From Vezdaea acicularis (taxonomy: Eukaryota), in NCBI GenBank assembly GCA_026025075.1, contig JAPEUI010000070.1, positions 1-64,000 of the forward strand: a DNA stretch of 64,000 nucleotides. Direction: 5' to 3'. The position numbers and the translations under genes were made by a program. Positions 1 through 12,590 of this stretch are shown here, in pieces. The notes below the pieces were generated by a model. That model saw only the letters and a program-made list of their open reading frames with translations. It did not search any database and was not told the DNA's origin. The first letter of the stretch is position 1; every line of letters begins with the position of its first letter.

Positions 1-2
1 AG

Positions 3-155
3 AGTAAGCTGCTAGGCGCGGATGTCGAGACCGTGCTCAATCTCCTGGGATGGGACGGTCACAGCTGGGATGTCGGCGGCGTGGAGAAATTCGTGGGGAT
101 CGTTCGCGCGGCGGGGAAAGTGGAGGGCGCGAGGAAGGCTGGTGTGGACGTCTGA
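3..155 (+). CDS. 3' end of an unidentified protein-coding gene (partial, runs off window start)
   Basis: Open frame from base 3 reads SKLLGADVETVLNLLGWDGHSWDVGGVEKFVGIVRAAGKVEGARKAGVDV then TGA (153-155). Composition is protein-like and a T-rich 3'UTR-like tract follows. Confidence 0.6.
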   Translation, partial: SKLLGADVETVLNLLGWDGHSWDVGGVEKFVGIVRAAGKVEGARKAGVDV

Positions 156-1287
156 GTAGACTTGGGTGTTGGTATCTTTTTTTGGGGGTTGCATTCAGCG
201 GTTGGTTTGCCGTTTTTTCAGCCGTCGGACTGCTTTATTTGTATTCGCCTGTCATTCTGTCACTCTGTCCTGGGCTGGGTGGAAGGTGCGAGGTGCATTG
301 CGTTGTATTTACGTTTGCATAGCGACGGCAGAAGTGAATGTTACGCTGGCGAGAGTTTACGTGGTCATGCCCACATCCCCCCTTTCTCTAACACTGTGAA
401 CGCTGTATCCGTATCCGCTCTTGGTCGATTAACGACCTAGACTAGTGTCCACTCGTCTAATACTGAACCTTGTTTTTGGTTGGTCTGTTCACTCCCCCCA
501 ACAGGACAAAAGGGTTGGGAGAAAATTATTTGTGACTGCTTTGTGCGTGTGTTGGAACCCTCTTTCTTGGGATCAGGGTTGGTGTGGGCTTTGGCGGGGA
601 GCGGTGGGGATAGGTGTTGGGCGTGGCGGATGGAGCAGAGTTGTGTTGGTGCATAGACCGGCGACGCTCCCATTATTTACTTGGAGTACGAGACTACTAT
701 TACCAATACGAGCAGTTCAAGCAGTATGACCAGCGCCAATCCGATTAATCTGCAGAGCGTATAAATACAAGAGGTATAGCGATCAATCATCGACCTACTC
801 GAACAGAAGAACAAGAAGAGGAAAAAAAAAACGGGACCGATCGCAGAACGCAGGAAACGTTGTCCCTTTGCGGAAGCACTGAATGGAGGAGCCCGCAGAG
901 ATGACCGCTGGAAATTTTTTTCAATAAACCCTCCCCGCCCTTTTCCCCACCTTTTGCCCAGAGTGCAGCGTTAGAGAAAAATAAAAGAGGACGATGGTGA
1001 TGAAGAAAAACGCCGCGCATGCGCCAGAAATGTTTGGTCCCACAAACCTCCCCAGAGGTAGCTCGCTCGTATCCTCGTGATAAACTCGGTTTGGAGTAGT
1101 GGGAAGGAGGGAGCTGGTCGGTGGGAGAGGAGATGTGGAATTTAGGGTAGCGCCCTAGGTGGGGCGGCAGGATCTCAGGTGGAGAAATCCCGCCGATGAG
1201 GGTGTAGAGGCCGAGTACCTATGCAAACCGCCTAAATGTGATCACAGAGAGCCTCAGGGTTCGTCCTGATGTCACCCACTTCTTGCG

Positions 1288-3064
1288 TTATATTCCAAGG
1301 GGTGAGAGAGGAAGGACCGGAGACAAGGTCGGTATGTGTTGCTGTGAACGCTTTGGAGTTGTCGGCTCCGCCTGCTCCTTCTGCGGCGATTCCGGGCGGG
1401 TGTTTTGCGAATCGCCCTTGCGTTGCACATGGTCGTCATTTGGGCGGAGATCCAGAGGAGAAACCTTCTTTGTTGGGGAGCGTGGTGTAGCCGGAAGCTT
1501 GTCGCTACCCGAAGATGATAGACCCCGATCATTGGAAAGATTGAGCTGCAGCTGAGATTTGCTGCTCTGGATGTTCGTCGTGTTTGAGGCGGCCTGGCTG
1601 TCCAGGATCCGATATTCTTCTACGAGAGCCTCTTTCTCGGTCCAGCATCCTTGCCAGCAGTTCTTCCAATCGCACACCAGGAACTGAAAGCAGAAGCCGT
1701 CGATCTTCATGCAAGGCTGAAAGCAGATGCAGAGGTTTCGGTAGTCCATCTTGTTCTTGTCGACGTAGGAATGTAGTAGGCTTAGATGGCACGTGATGGC
1801 GAATAACAAGTAATAATTGAAAGGTGGAAGTTTTGAGAGCTCGTCTCGTAGTAGTTGAGGTGTTTCTTTCGCACCAGCACATTTGTTGGCGATGTTTATC
1901 TGGGTGGCCCTAGGGAAGATCTCGTCTGGAAGTTCTCGAAGCCATGCTTTGAACATCGAGCCTATTATATTGATGTCGTACAGATCAGGTTCTTCGAAGA
2001 GGTCAATGTCAAGCTCTGGTCCAGAACATTAGCAACATGCCAGGATTGAATACGTCGAAATGTGCTACAAACCTGTATCAAATCTTCGTTGCCATTCTCT
2101 CACTCTCGGCCCGCTTCCCGGTATTCGATATAAGCCCTCCTCCTCACAGCCCTTGAAATTAAGATAGCTGTAGAACGTAAGCTGAGTTGTACGATGTTGT
2201 TCACATGAGTTAAACTTACTCAATGCACCGCCATGGCAGAGCTGGCATCCAGAACTCCGTTTTGTCCTTTGAATCTTCTAACCTCTTCGATATCCTTGTG
2301 ATTCGTGTTTGATCCACCAAGTTCATTGTGATCACCTTGCAGACGTAGTTCTCATCTGGAGTGCCATCTTTCTCTCCACTGCTATAACTCCGCGTGATCT
2401 TGCCTAGGATGCCTTTACCGGCCTTGCCTATGCCATCGGCGGCCTTTGTCGAGGTGTTCTTCAAATTGGTCAAGAAAGCGCCACTGGAAGTGGAATTGCC
2501 AAGGTTGGACCGACTGGATGAGAATTCCTTTCCCGATCCAATGCTACCACTCTCGGAATCAGCCACTGCTTGACGATCGGCTGAGCGATTCCGGATCGTA
2601 GAGCTCATCATTTCACGGAATGATCGATCCCGCTCCTGGCCCATCGGCGCCGTCCTCATGCCGTACGTATCTTCGTAAGCATCGTTTGGAGCAGCATTGT
2701 CCGGCTCAGCAAATCGGTTCGGGAGTGATGTCTTAGGTGTGAGGGGACCACCTAAATCGTTTCTGGTGGACCGAGACCGGCCTAATAAGTGGGCAAACGG
2801 TCGAGGTTTGTTTTTACGAGAAAGACTGGAGACGGTGTCACCGTCAAGGGGAGAGTCTTCAGGGGCTTGTGTAGGACCCCATTGTCTGCGAGAACCTCGA
2901 CCGTCTTCCATGACGCGGCCAGTCTGGTAGGTATTCACGTTGGTAGTTGTCAGGTCGGGCGAAGACCCCGGCTGCTGTTGCGAGACATAGACACGAGGCT
3001 GTTCAGGTTGACCAGCAGCTTGTGACGAATTCGCTTCGGACACTTGCCGGATTGTCGAACTCAT
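1288..3064 (-). CDS. RhoGAP domain protein (3 exons: ~3064-2220, 2167-2073, 2015-1288)
   Basis: Spliced product has ALPWRCIDYLNFKGCEEEGLYRIPGSG (arginine finger), MFKAWLRELP and NKMDYRNLCICFQP. GT-AG introns 2219-2168 and 2072-2016. Start is uncertain because the frame stays open to an ATG at 3295. Confidence 0.9.
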
Positions 3065-3163
3065 CTCTGCATCTGGCTGACTTGCTATTGTGGGACTTGA
3101 AGCCGAGAACGAGACCTGCTTGGAATCTCGAGCCTTTATCGAGACGAGCGCTCGGATTTGAAG

Positions 3164-4401
3164 ATGTCGGAGGTGGGAGGGACTGCGTTGGCGACGGCAA
3201 CCAATCAGCGACAAGACGAATTGACGCTTTGTGTAGATCGGCACGTCAAATACATCCAAACCCTTGACACAGTAATTCCCTCCTTTGTCTCCCATCCATC
3301 TGCGCTCCCCGGCGCTAAACTCTGATGTAGCGCAAAGATGAGCTGGAATATTGGTTGACAGAGCATCTGCGCCTCAGCGGGCTCTACTGGGGTCTGACTG
3401 CCCTCCATCTCCTGGGCCGACCCGACGCTTTACCTAGGCAAGAGACAATCGACTTTGTAATTTCATGCCAGCATGAGAATGGTGGTTTCGGAGCCGCTCC
3501 GGGCCATGATGCGCACATGCTGTACACTGTCAGTGCCGTGCAAATATTGGCCACAGTGGACGCTATTCACGAGCTGGACCGGGCTGGGCATGGCAAGCTC
3601 AAAGTCGCTCATTGTAAGGCGACCTCTTAATCAGCTCACTTTCAAAAAATCATAGAAACTAATATGGGCCATCTCAGACATAGCGAATCTGCAAGATAGG
3701 GAGAATGGCACATTTGCGGGCGACGAATGGGGCGAAACAGACACACGTTTCCTGTACGGAGCCCTAAATGCTCTCTCACTTCTCCACATGTTGTCCCTGG
3801 TCGACGTCGACAAGGCGGTATCTTATATCCAAGCCTGCGCCAACTTCGATGGAGGCTACGGTGTGTGTCCTGGCGCCGAGTCTCACGCTGGCCAGATATT
3901 TACCTGCGTGGGTGCGCTCGCAATCGCCGGAAGGCTAGATCTCGTAGATAGAGATAGACTGGGGGGATGGCTCAGCGAACGACAAGTTGAGGGTGGCGGT
4001 CTTAATGGGCGCCCTGAGAAGAAGGAAGACGTTTGCTACAGTTGGTGGGTCTTGAGCAGTCTTGCTATGATCGATCGAATGCATTGGATAGACAAAGCAA
4101 AGCTGGAGCACTATATCCTTCAATGCCAGGTAGATACGCCTTGGCAACCTGTAATATCACTTGGCTAATGCTAATCGGTTGCCAGGACCCTGAGAATGGT
4201 GGCATTGCAGATCGACCAGGGGATATGGTGGATGTTTTTCACACAGTATTTGGTATAGCTGGCTTAAGTCTGCTTGGGTACAAGGGACTTGAAGAAGTAG
4301 ATCCTAGATAGTGAGCTGGCCTTTCTCCCTTCTTCTCTAATGCTAACGGTGTCTGCAGTTGTATGCCTTCCGAGGCCACCAAACGTACATTGATCGTTTA
4401 A
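3164..4401 (+). CDS. BET2: Rab geranylgeranyltransferase (type II) beta subunit, 5 exons
   Basis: [68 protein letters not shown] and [12 protein letters not shown] prenyltransferase repeats. ATG 3164 is in frame, intron 1 is 3272-3330, TAA ends at 4401. Confidence 0.93.
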
Positions 4402-5133
4402 AAGAGGCAATTCGTGGTCAGCAAACCTCCCTCAGTGAAGCGGCTCCATTAGATACACAATGCTCAGGGTCCACCATCTGGATGCATGCTCCATTCTCAA
4501 TGTATTAAACTTCTTGAGATCTTTTCATTGTATGCCTGCCTTGCGGCTGCTCGATACTACTCAATCGCCTCAGCCAAGGTATCTCGACGTGCAGAGTATC
4601 TCGCGATTGGCTTACTTTAATTTTTCTTTATCATTTGGCCCACTAATATCGAATAAGGATCTCATTAGTGCCACCTATGAGCTAGTACGGTCCAGGAATT
4701 ACTGAGGATGTTTGTCTGGACCTTCCAATATGTCATCGTTCTGTGAACGAATTATTCCTACATTTAATTCTTCCCCACTAAGCCGGGATGCATTTCCATG
4801 CAAAATCACCTCCAAAGAAGGACGGAGAGTCCGTATTGCGGTGACCTCTAAAAATTCCTAGGTTCGGTAGGAGCGTGTGATCACATCCCTGAGCCCCCTC
4901 TTCTCTAAGCTGTGTAAACACTACCCGCCGCCCTATGCTCTACCGCTCGGGCTTTTGCTGCGCCGTTCCAACTTTGTCACTTCTCGAATGCTGATCACCT
5001 AACCCTGCCCTTCCACCAACAACAGAAAAGGACGGAGCGAGTCCTTGTCTTTGCTTAATTCCTGGGCAAAGGAAGTTAAAGTACTTGCAGCTTCCTCAGA
5101 TCACACTCAGGATCCAGAATATTCAGAGTCTGA

Positions 5134-7002
5134 ATGTCTCATTCAAGCGATATTTCGATCCCACTTATCTGCATCATTTGTCCCTCACGGCCCAATTTCA
5201 GTGACCTGTCTCACCTACTTACTCATGTCTCCTCCAAGGCCCACTTATCTCATAAGTTCAAAACCCAAGTCCGCGCTGCCACTGATCCAGACGCTCAACG
5301 TACACTCGATTCCTACGAGGAGTGGTACGGCAATAACGGCCTGGAGGGTCTTCTCTCAGATCGACTTGCAACCAAAGAGGCTAAGAAAGGGAAAGCAGAC
5401 CGTAGATTTACCAGGCCGAATCAGCCCCTCTTCAAACGTCCTACTCGTCGTCGATACTCTCTGGAAGAAATGGAGCACCGCGTCCTCCTTGATCGTCAAA
5501 TCTCCCGAGCTGTGAAGCAAGAACACAAAAATCCAACGGCAACTCCCTATGATTCTCTCGAGACTCGTAATGACGTTCAACTGCATGGTCCTCGGATGCA
5601 TCTTTGGCGGAACGCTTCAAGGAAGTCTCAGGTCCTCGATCCAAATTCTCAATCTCCGAGCATTTCTACAGAATTTGACAGCAATTCCCGCTTTAGTACC
5701 CCGTCTCCTGATAGTAGGGTTGACCCGTTCCTAGACTATTCTTCGAACCACTTGACCCGATCACCTTCAATCGGCTTCAAACCTACACTAGAATCTACTC
5801 CTGCCACGTCTCATGACTCTGATGAGACCACAATCCAGAAAGTGAATGGTTGTCTTCAGCTTAAAGGGCACTTCTGGCCTGGCATGGACATCTTTGACTC
5901 GGCGACGCCCGAGATGAAGAGGCTCAGGAATCAGAAGAAAGACGGCTCTATCCTAGAAAGAATGAAGATAAGCTCCGCTAAGGTTGAGCCAGTCGAGTTG
6001 GTCTTTCTTGACGGGCAATTGAAACGAGAACGTCGCATATCAGGGCTTGATGAGGATAGCCCTCGATCCCCAACACCGAAGAAGCGGACTGCTAGGTTCA
6101 AGAAAGATGTCCTCAAAGATATAGATTGCAATCTCTCGATGACCCTCAGAAACGCCGCGAACTCTGCCCAGGCCTCTACCATTGACGAAGATAAAGCGAG
6201 GAAAAAGATCAACAGTTCTCGAACAGCATCATCACCGGGTTTCAGGTATGGATGGAGAGACGGCGCGTATGACTTTGAGCCAACTGTAGATGAATATCGA
6301 GGCTACAGGACTAGCGACGGTCTCCAAGCTCCCGGGGCTAAGCGCAACCTCGAGGTTTTTAGAGACCACCCTGGAGCCAACCAAGGATACGAATATAGTA
6401 ACTTGCCAGAAGATCTAGAGGATGGCCACATGCATGTTAAATCGGATCGAAGACAGTACGGCTGGTCGAATCTTTTGGATTCTTCCATGCTTAACTCGCA
6501 GCTAGCTGATACTATGCCATTAGACGCCCCAGATCTTGATTACCTGTTGCCATTGCAAAAGTCTATCGACACATTTGTTCGGCCGTTTCATCGCACACCT
6601 GGAAAGGAGAATGTGGAGCCTATATTGAATCGTTACGGGCGCATCGACGTCGATGCGTCCCGTGTACTAAGGCCGGAGAGGACTGCCGAGCAACTTGCAG
6701 GAGTTTCACACTTGCCGCAGATATTTAACGGCTACCCACAAAACGATTCTAAGAGATTCCAGGATACTTACCAGGCGATTGGCCCTAACCCTTTGGCTTC
6801 TGCTTATCAGCACTCACAACTTCTGTCTAATCCATTCTTCCAGATGGCGCAAACTCTACCTCAAAAGACTCACGGCCAAATTGCGCAAAATGGAGCGAAT
6901 AGTTACGAGTCATTCGGCACATTCGGCACCTTTCCCGGCAGCATGCGAGATTCCGACATGTTTCTCACCGACGGCATGGGATCTGAGCCAGGCAATGGCT
7001 GA
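5134..7002 (+). CDS. Conserved uncharacterised protein with N-terminal C2H2 (matrin/U1-like) zinc finger
   Basis: Intronless 622-aa ORF. Has CIIC-x14-HVSSKAH and a second ordered block LKGHFWPGMDIFDSATPEMKRLRNQKKD; the rest is low-complexity. Confidence 0.85.
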   Translation: MSHSSDISIPLICIICPSRPNFSDLSHLLTHVSSKAHLSHKFKTQVRAATDPDAQRTLDSYEEWYGNNGLEGLLSDRLATKEAKKGKADRRFTRPNQPLFKRPTRRRYSLEEMEHRVLLDRQISRAVKQEHKNPTATPYDSLETRNDVQLHGPRMHLWRNASRKSQVLDPNSQSPSISTEFDSNSRFSTPSPDSRVDPFLDYSSNHLTRSPSIGFKPTLESTPATSHDSDETTIQKVNGCLQLKGHFWPGMDIFDSATPEMKRLRNQKKDGSILERMKISSAKVEPVELVFLDGQLKRERRISGLDEDSPRSPTPKKRTARFKKDVLKDIDCNLSMTLRNAANSAQASTIDEDKARKKINSSRTASSPGFRYGWRDGAYDFEPTVDEYRGYRTSDGLQAPGAKRNLEVFRDHPGANQGYEYSNLPEDLEDGHMHVKSDRRQYGWSNLLDSSMLNSQLADTMPLDAPDLDYLLPLQKSIDTFVRPFHRTPGKENVEPILNRYGRIDVDASRVLRPERTAEQLAGVSHLPQIFNGYPQNDSKRFQDTYQAIGPNPLASAYQHSQLLSNPFFQMAQTLPQKTHGQIAQNGANSYESFGTFGTFPGSMRDSDMFLTDGMGSEPGNG

Positions 7003-7669
7003 TCCCAAATTAGCTCTCAAGTTTTGGTTCTATTGATTCTTTCGTTTGTTGTCGTACATATATCTGAATCCAGTGTTGTGGTTGTGCAACAAGAAGCTAG
7101 CTGCTTTGCGTTTGTTGCACCTCCTTTCAAGGGGCACTCGCTTTATACCCTTATGTTTTATGTTAACGCATGTCGTTTTTGAAGAGAAATAGAAGTAGGT
7201 TGGTGTGTAAAGTTAGCTTTAACGTTTGTTTGGGAGGGCGGATGGAGTCGGGTGGTCAAATTCTTACTTAGCGTCAGGGGTACACGGATACAGCCACGGA
7301 ATATTTTACCCTTGCTTATGTCCTGGCAGCGGATCGAGGGAGGAATAAGCTAAAGGAGCTTCATCGCCTGCTGCTTGCACTTATTAGTCTATGATTGAGT
7401 ATTGAACAGTTACTAGAGCATTGCTATATAGCGTACTTAATGACTGGGGAGACACCCCATAAAGTCGAACAATCCTGTCGGGATACCTAACCCGAGGAAG
7501 GACTTTTATTTGCATACTAAGTGAGAGACTCCATTAACGTCATGAAAGGCGATATGAGTTGCACATTTGCAAAATGCACATGATCCAATCATCATGGTAG
7601 TTTTCACATGAATGCATTCTGCCCCTTTATCTAGCTTGGGGGAAACCTCCGAATGATTCTGGATTTGCG

Positions 7670-7700
7670 ACGCGTGAATCTCGACTTTTAGCGAACGCGT
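7670..7700. promoter_or_regulatory. Two MCB (ACGCGT) cell-cycle boxes upstream of MSH3
   Basis: ACGCGT at 7670-7675 and 7695-7700, about 90-120 bp before the MSH3 ATG. MBF sites are typical of fungal DNA repair/replication genes. Confidence 0.65.
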
Positions 7701-7791
7701 CGGATCTTGATCGAGCTACGACTTGACGCCATCAAAATTTGACTCTGTCATTTGAAGCGTTGACGAAATGATCTGAGAATAGCGGAGAACA

Positions 7792-10700
7792 ATGCCATTT
7801 TCCAACAAACCCCCGTCTTCGACTCTTTCGGCTAAGAAGCAGCAATCGATCGCCAGTTTCTTTACCCCAGGTGGCGTCGCTGGAGTATCTAAGCCACCGA
7901 CGGTGCACTCTAAATCTTCACAAGAAGAAAATGAAGGCACGGCTAGCCACTTGAATGGCAACGGAGCTATCCTGGGCAGAGATAAGAGGCGCGGCGTAAT
8001 CCAGGAAGAAGAAGACGAACTCCCTGTGCGCAAGAGACAAAAGAGTGGACAAGGGGCTGAAGTTAACGGAAACAGTTCTGGTTTTCAGCCTATTGAACAA
8101 GAAAGCCAGTTTGGTATTCAGGCCGATTTTGGGACCCAAGATGGCGCAGTTTCGAGAGGAGGTCTCTTTGCAGCCGCTGCCAAAGGGCCAAGGCATGGGC
8201 GTAAGCCCTCCGAGCGAACCTCTAAATATCTCTTCAACAATGCCGGCCAGTCTCGTACTCAGGAAGAGCACAACGACGAATCCGATCTGAGTGAAGGTGA
8301 AAGGCAAGAGAAGGCTAAACGTCATAGAGATTTTGTGCGCAAGCTTGGAAAACCTGAAAGCTTCGCCGACCTCAGGCGGCGGAACTTGATCATACCCGAC
8401 GAGGTGGCCGAGGAACTCCCCAATGAAGCTGATGATATGGCAGATGGGGACGCGGACGGGCAGGCCCCTGAGAGCAAGAACAGGAAGGCTCCCAGGAAAG
8501 GTTCTGGGGCGAAAGCGCTGACTCCCATGGAGAAACAAGTTTTGGAGATTAAAGCAAAGCATAAGGATACACTTCTCATCGTTGAGGTGGGCTATAAGTT
8601 CCGCTTCTTTGGAGAAGACGCCAGAATAGCGGCGAAAGAGTTAAGAATCGTGTGTATTCCTGGGAAGATGCGATTTGATGAGCGTAGGTCTGCTTCGACC
8701 TGTGGTGCCCTGTTCTGCTGCTGAAATTTCCTAGATATCTCTGAAGCGCATCTTGATCGCTTTGCATCGGCTAGCGTACCAGTTCATCGACTGCACGTTC
8801 ATGTCAAGCGACTTGTGACTGCAGGGTATAAGGTGGGAGTTGTGCGACAGCTAGAGACCGCCGCACTAAAAGCCGCTGGGGACAATAAAGGGGGCCCCTT
8901 TGTCAGAAAGCTCACAAACGTATACACCAAGGGAACTTATATTGATGACATCGAGGGATTGGATGAGCCGCTGGACAGTCCAAAAGGAGGGGCTCCAGCT
9001 ACAGGATATCTTCTGTCCATCACCGAAACCAAAGCAAAAGGCTGGGGTAATGATGAGAAAGTCCACGTAGGGATTGTTGCGGTGCAGCCTGCGACTGGCG
9101 ATGTGATTTACGATGATTTTGAGGATGGCTTCATGAGGAGTGAGATAGAAACAAGAATATTGCACAGTAAGCAACCTGCATCTGTTTACGCATTTTTCAC
9201 TGACGTTAAGGTAGTTGCGCCCTGTGAGTTTTTGATAGTAGGCGAACTGTCTAAAGCAACCTCAAAGCTTATAGAACATCTTTCTGGGAGTGCAATGAAC
9301 GTGTTTGGTGATAAGATTCGAGTTGAACGTGTCCCCAAAGGAAAGACAATGGCTGCTGAGTCCTACAGCCACCTAGCTAACTTCTATGCTGGCAAGTTAA
9401 AAGAGTCGCATGGCCAAGCGGATGAAAATCCAGGCAGATTACTCGATAAAGTTCTGAATCTTGCCGAACATGTTACAGTTTGTCTTTCAGCAATGATCAA
9501 GCATATGAGCGAGTATGGGCTCGAGCACGTATTTGATTTGACAAAGTACTTTCAGTCATTTAGCGCTAGATCTCATATGCTGCTAAATGGGAATACCTTG
9601 ACAAGTCTAGAGATATATCTTAATCAAACTGACAAGTCTGAGAAAGGCAGCTTATTCTGGAGTTTGGACAGAACACGAACCAGGTTTGGACAGAGGCTAT
9701 TGAGACGATGGGTGGGTAGGCCTCTACTTGAGAAGGCTAGGCTAGTAGAGCGTATCAAGGCTGTTGAGGAGCTTACAGAGTCCCACAGCATCATACTGGT
9801 GGATCGTCTAAAGAATCTACTATCTTCCGTTAAGAGTGACCTCGAGAAGAGTCTTATTCGGATCTATTACGGCAAGGTAAATAGATAAGAGAGTCCCGGC
9901 TCGTCCAAGGAAGTAAATAACTTTTACATGCAGTGTTCACGGCCCGAGCTTCTTACGGTCCTCCAAACTTTGCAGCGAATATCGAATGCGTTCGCCACAG
10001 TGAAGAGTCCCTCTGAAGCAGGGTTCAGATCGGACATTATCAATCATGCCGTAGCGAAATTACCAACAATAGCATCCGTTGTCACAAATCATCTTGATAA
10101 GATCAATTCCGGGGCTGCAAGATCCAATGATAAATATAACTTCTTTCTTGAAGCTGAAGAGAATTCTACGATTACCGAGCGCAAGGAAGCCATCAATGTC
10201 ATAGAGGAGCAGCTAGATGACCATCGACTCGAGGCTGCAAAGAAGGTGGGACTGAAACAGGTTGAATATGTCACCGTGGCCGGTATCGAATATCTCATCG
10301 AACTGGAAAACAACCAAACCAAAAAGATACCAGCCTCTTGGGCAAAGATCAGTGGCACCAAGAAAGTCTCAAGGTGGCATACGCCTGAGGTCATCAGATT
10401 ACTTCGTGAACGAGAGCAGAATAAAGAGGCTCTCGCAGCGGCGTGTGACTTGGCTTTCAAATCGCTCCTAGCAGAAATTGCTGAAGACTACCAATCCTTC
10501 CGTGATTGCGTCCAGTCTCTCGCAATGCTAGATTGCTTATTGTCTCTTTCTGTGATTGCAAGCCAGCCAGGCTACGTAAAGCCAGAGTATGTCAACGACA
10601 CTTTGATCGAAGTCAAAGCAGGGCGTCATCCTATGGTCGAACAACTATTACTCGACTCTTATGTACCGAATGACATCAACCTATCTTCTCGAAACACTCG

Positions 10701-11506
10701 CGCTCTCCTCATTACCGGACCGAACATGGGCGGAAAATCTAGCTACGTCCGTCAGGTCGCTCTTATCGCCATAATGGGACAGATTGGCTCGTATGTACCA
10801 GCTGATTCTGCTAAGCTCGGAATGTTTGATGCTGTATTTACGCGCATGGGTGCATTCGACAACATGATGGCAGGAGAAAGCACATTCATGGTTGAACTCT
10901 CTGAAACTAGCGATATACTGAAGCAAGCAACTCCCCGCTCCCTGGTGATTTTGGATGAGCTAGGGAGGGGCACGTCTACGCATGACGGTGTTGCAATCGC
11001 CGAAGGGGTGCTTGACTATATGGTTCGCGACTTGAAGTGCATTACTCTCTTCATAACCCATTACCAGACTCTTAGCACCGTGGCCAATGGCTATGAGAAC
11101 GACGAATTGAAGAATGTTCACATGCGATTTACTGAAGATGGCCAGGATGGCCAAGATATCACCTTCCTTTACGAGGTTGGAGAAGGGGTGGCACATCGCT
11201 CGTATGGGTAAGTATCTTTGTCCCTCATATTCGAACCAAGAACTAAAGGCTGGGCTATAGCTTGAACGTTGCTCGACTGGCCAAGGTACCGAAGTCTGTT
11301 CTGGACACAGCAGCGATAAAGTCAAAGGAGCTGGAAGACGTCGTACAAATGAAGAAGCTGACCAGCCTGTGAGTCTACCCAAACACTGCCTGCGAAAAGT
11401 GAACAGAGATGACCGTTTGTGTAGGTCACGCAATATTCCAGCTGTATTGCACACTGGAGACATGGATCAATTCGAGCTCTTGGCCAAAGGTATTGAACAG
11501 CTTTGA
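7792..11506 (+). CDS. MSH3: DNA mismatch repair protein Msh3 (MutS-beta), 6 exons
   Basis: PIP box [29 protein letters not shown] (Msh3-type domain I), Walker [39 protein letters not shown] ends at 11506. Confidence 0.95.
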
Positions 11507-11892
11507 GGCGTCAAAGATCTAGGCATAGTGTTTCTTGAAGAAGAGTATATCAGGCCCATGTTGCTTTGCTAACGGCCCGTACAAAGGGTGAAGAACGTTA
11601 TGTCTTAAGATTGGCACACCACACCTTGGACAGCACGGTAAGGATGGCAAGAAGACGTAATAGCAACCGTAGGGTTGCTTCGCTTGCAAATAGGACCAGG
11701 TATATAAAGTAGAAGATTGCAACGGATGCATTATTGCCATCTTTCCACAAGTAGACCTAGGTATGTGAAATGACATCACATCGCGACATTTTGAGTCGAA
11801 TTTCAAGCACAAATGCCCCGCGGTTCCCACTCGCACTGTCCAGCAAGCCAAACTTAACGCCCAATGATGCTCTATTTGCAACAGCATGTCGT

Positions 11893-12590
11893 TTACACCC
11901 CTGGTTTCCGCACTCTCCTCTCGTTCGACCTCATCTTCCTTTCGTTCCTCCTCATAGCTTCCTTTCGCTCAGTCCTCTTCAGATTCACTAGACCATCACT
12001 ACTCCTGCTTTCTCGCTCTTTTTTCTCGTCGACTTCAACTATCCATTGTTCCTCTTCCTTCTTGTTTGCACCCTTATAGCCCCATTTCGGTACCCACTCT
12101 CCAGTAGCCTCGTCGTAAACCACCTTCCCTTCACCCCTTGCCTTCGGTTTTATACCCTTCTTTGCAGCAAATGCTTGCCATTTCGTCTGAGGTTTGGCAA
12201 CTGGTAGGCGCTTCTCACGAGGTATTGGAGTCGTCGGCGGTGGGAGAGAGAGTAGGACGCCAGATGGTGTAGATCGGATAGGACATGTCGTAAGAAGCTG
12301 GTTTATAAGTGCTTGTGCGCCATCCCGAGCGACGCTTTGAAGATCTGCTTCGCTGGTGCCGGGGAGCGGATTTGAATCTGTAGCTAAGAGGTTTCCAAGA
12401 TCAAATACATAAGGGATGGGTTTCTCCACAATAACTGGCCTAGGTCAAATATTAGTTTGGAGTTGAGAAGTGGAGTACAAGGGCTGATTTACAGTTGTGT
12501 TGCCTTTGCTTCCCTTTCGCTATCAATTGGTTTTGAAGGACGCAGGACGACTGTAACACCAGCATCCTCCATAGGCGTATCGTCCGTCAT
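11893..12590 (-). CDS. RRS1: Ribosome biogenesis regulatory protein Rrs1, 2 exons
   Basis: KPIPYVFDLGNLLATD, ARDGAQALINQL, PREKRLP..TKWQAFAAKKGI, WVPKWGYKG. ATG at 12590, one intron. Confidence 0.93.

Noticed and set aside
730..1250. Promoter or snoRNA locus (RRPE-like A/T tract, TTAGGG..CCCTAG)
   Set aside because: It lies between two convergent stop codons and is adequately explained as 3'UTRs. No box C/D or H/ACA structure was found.
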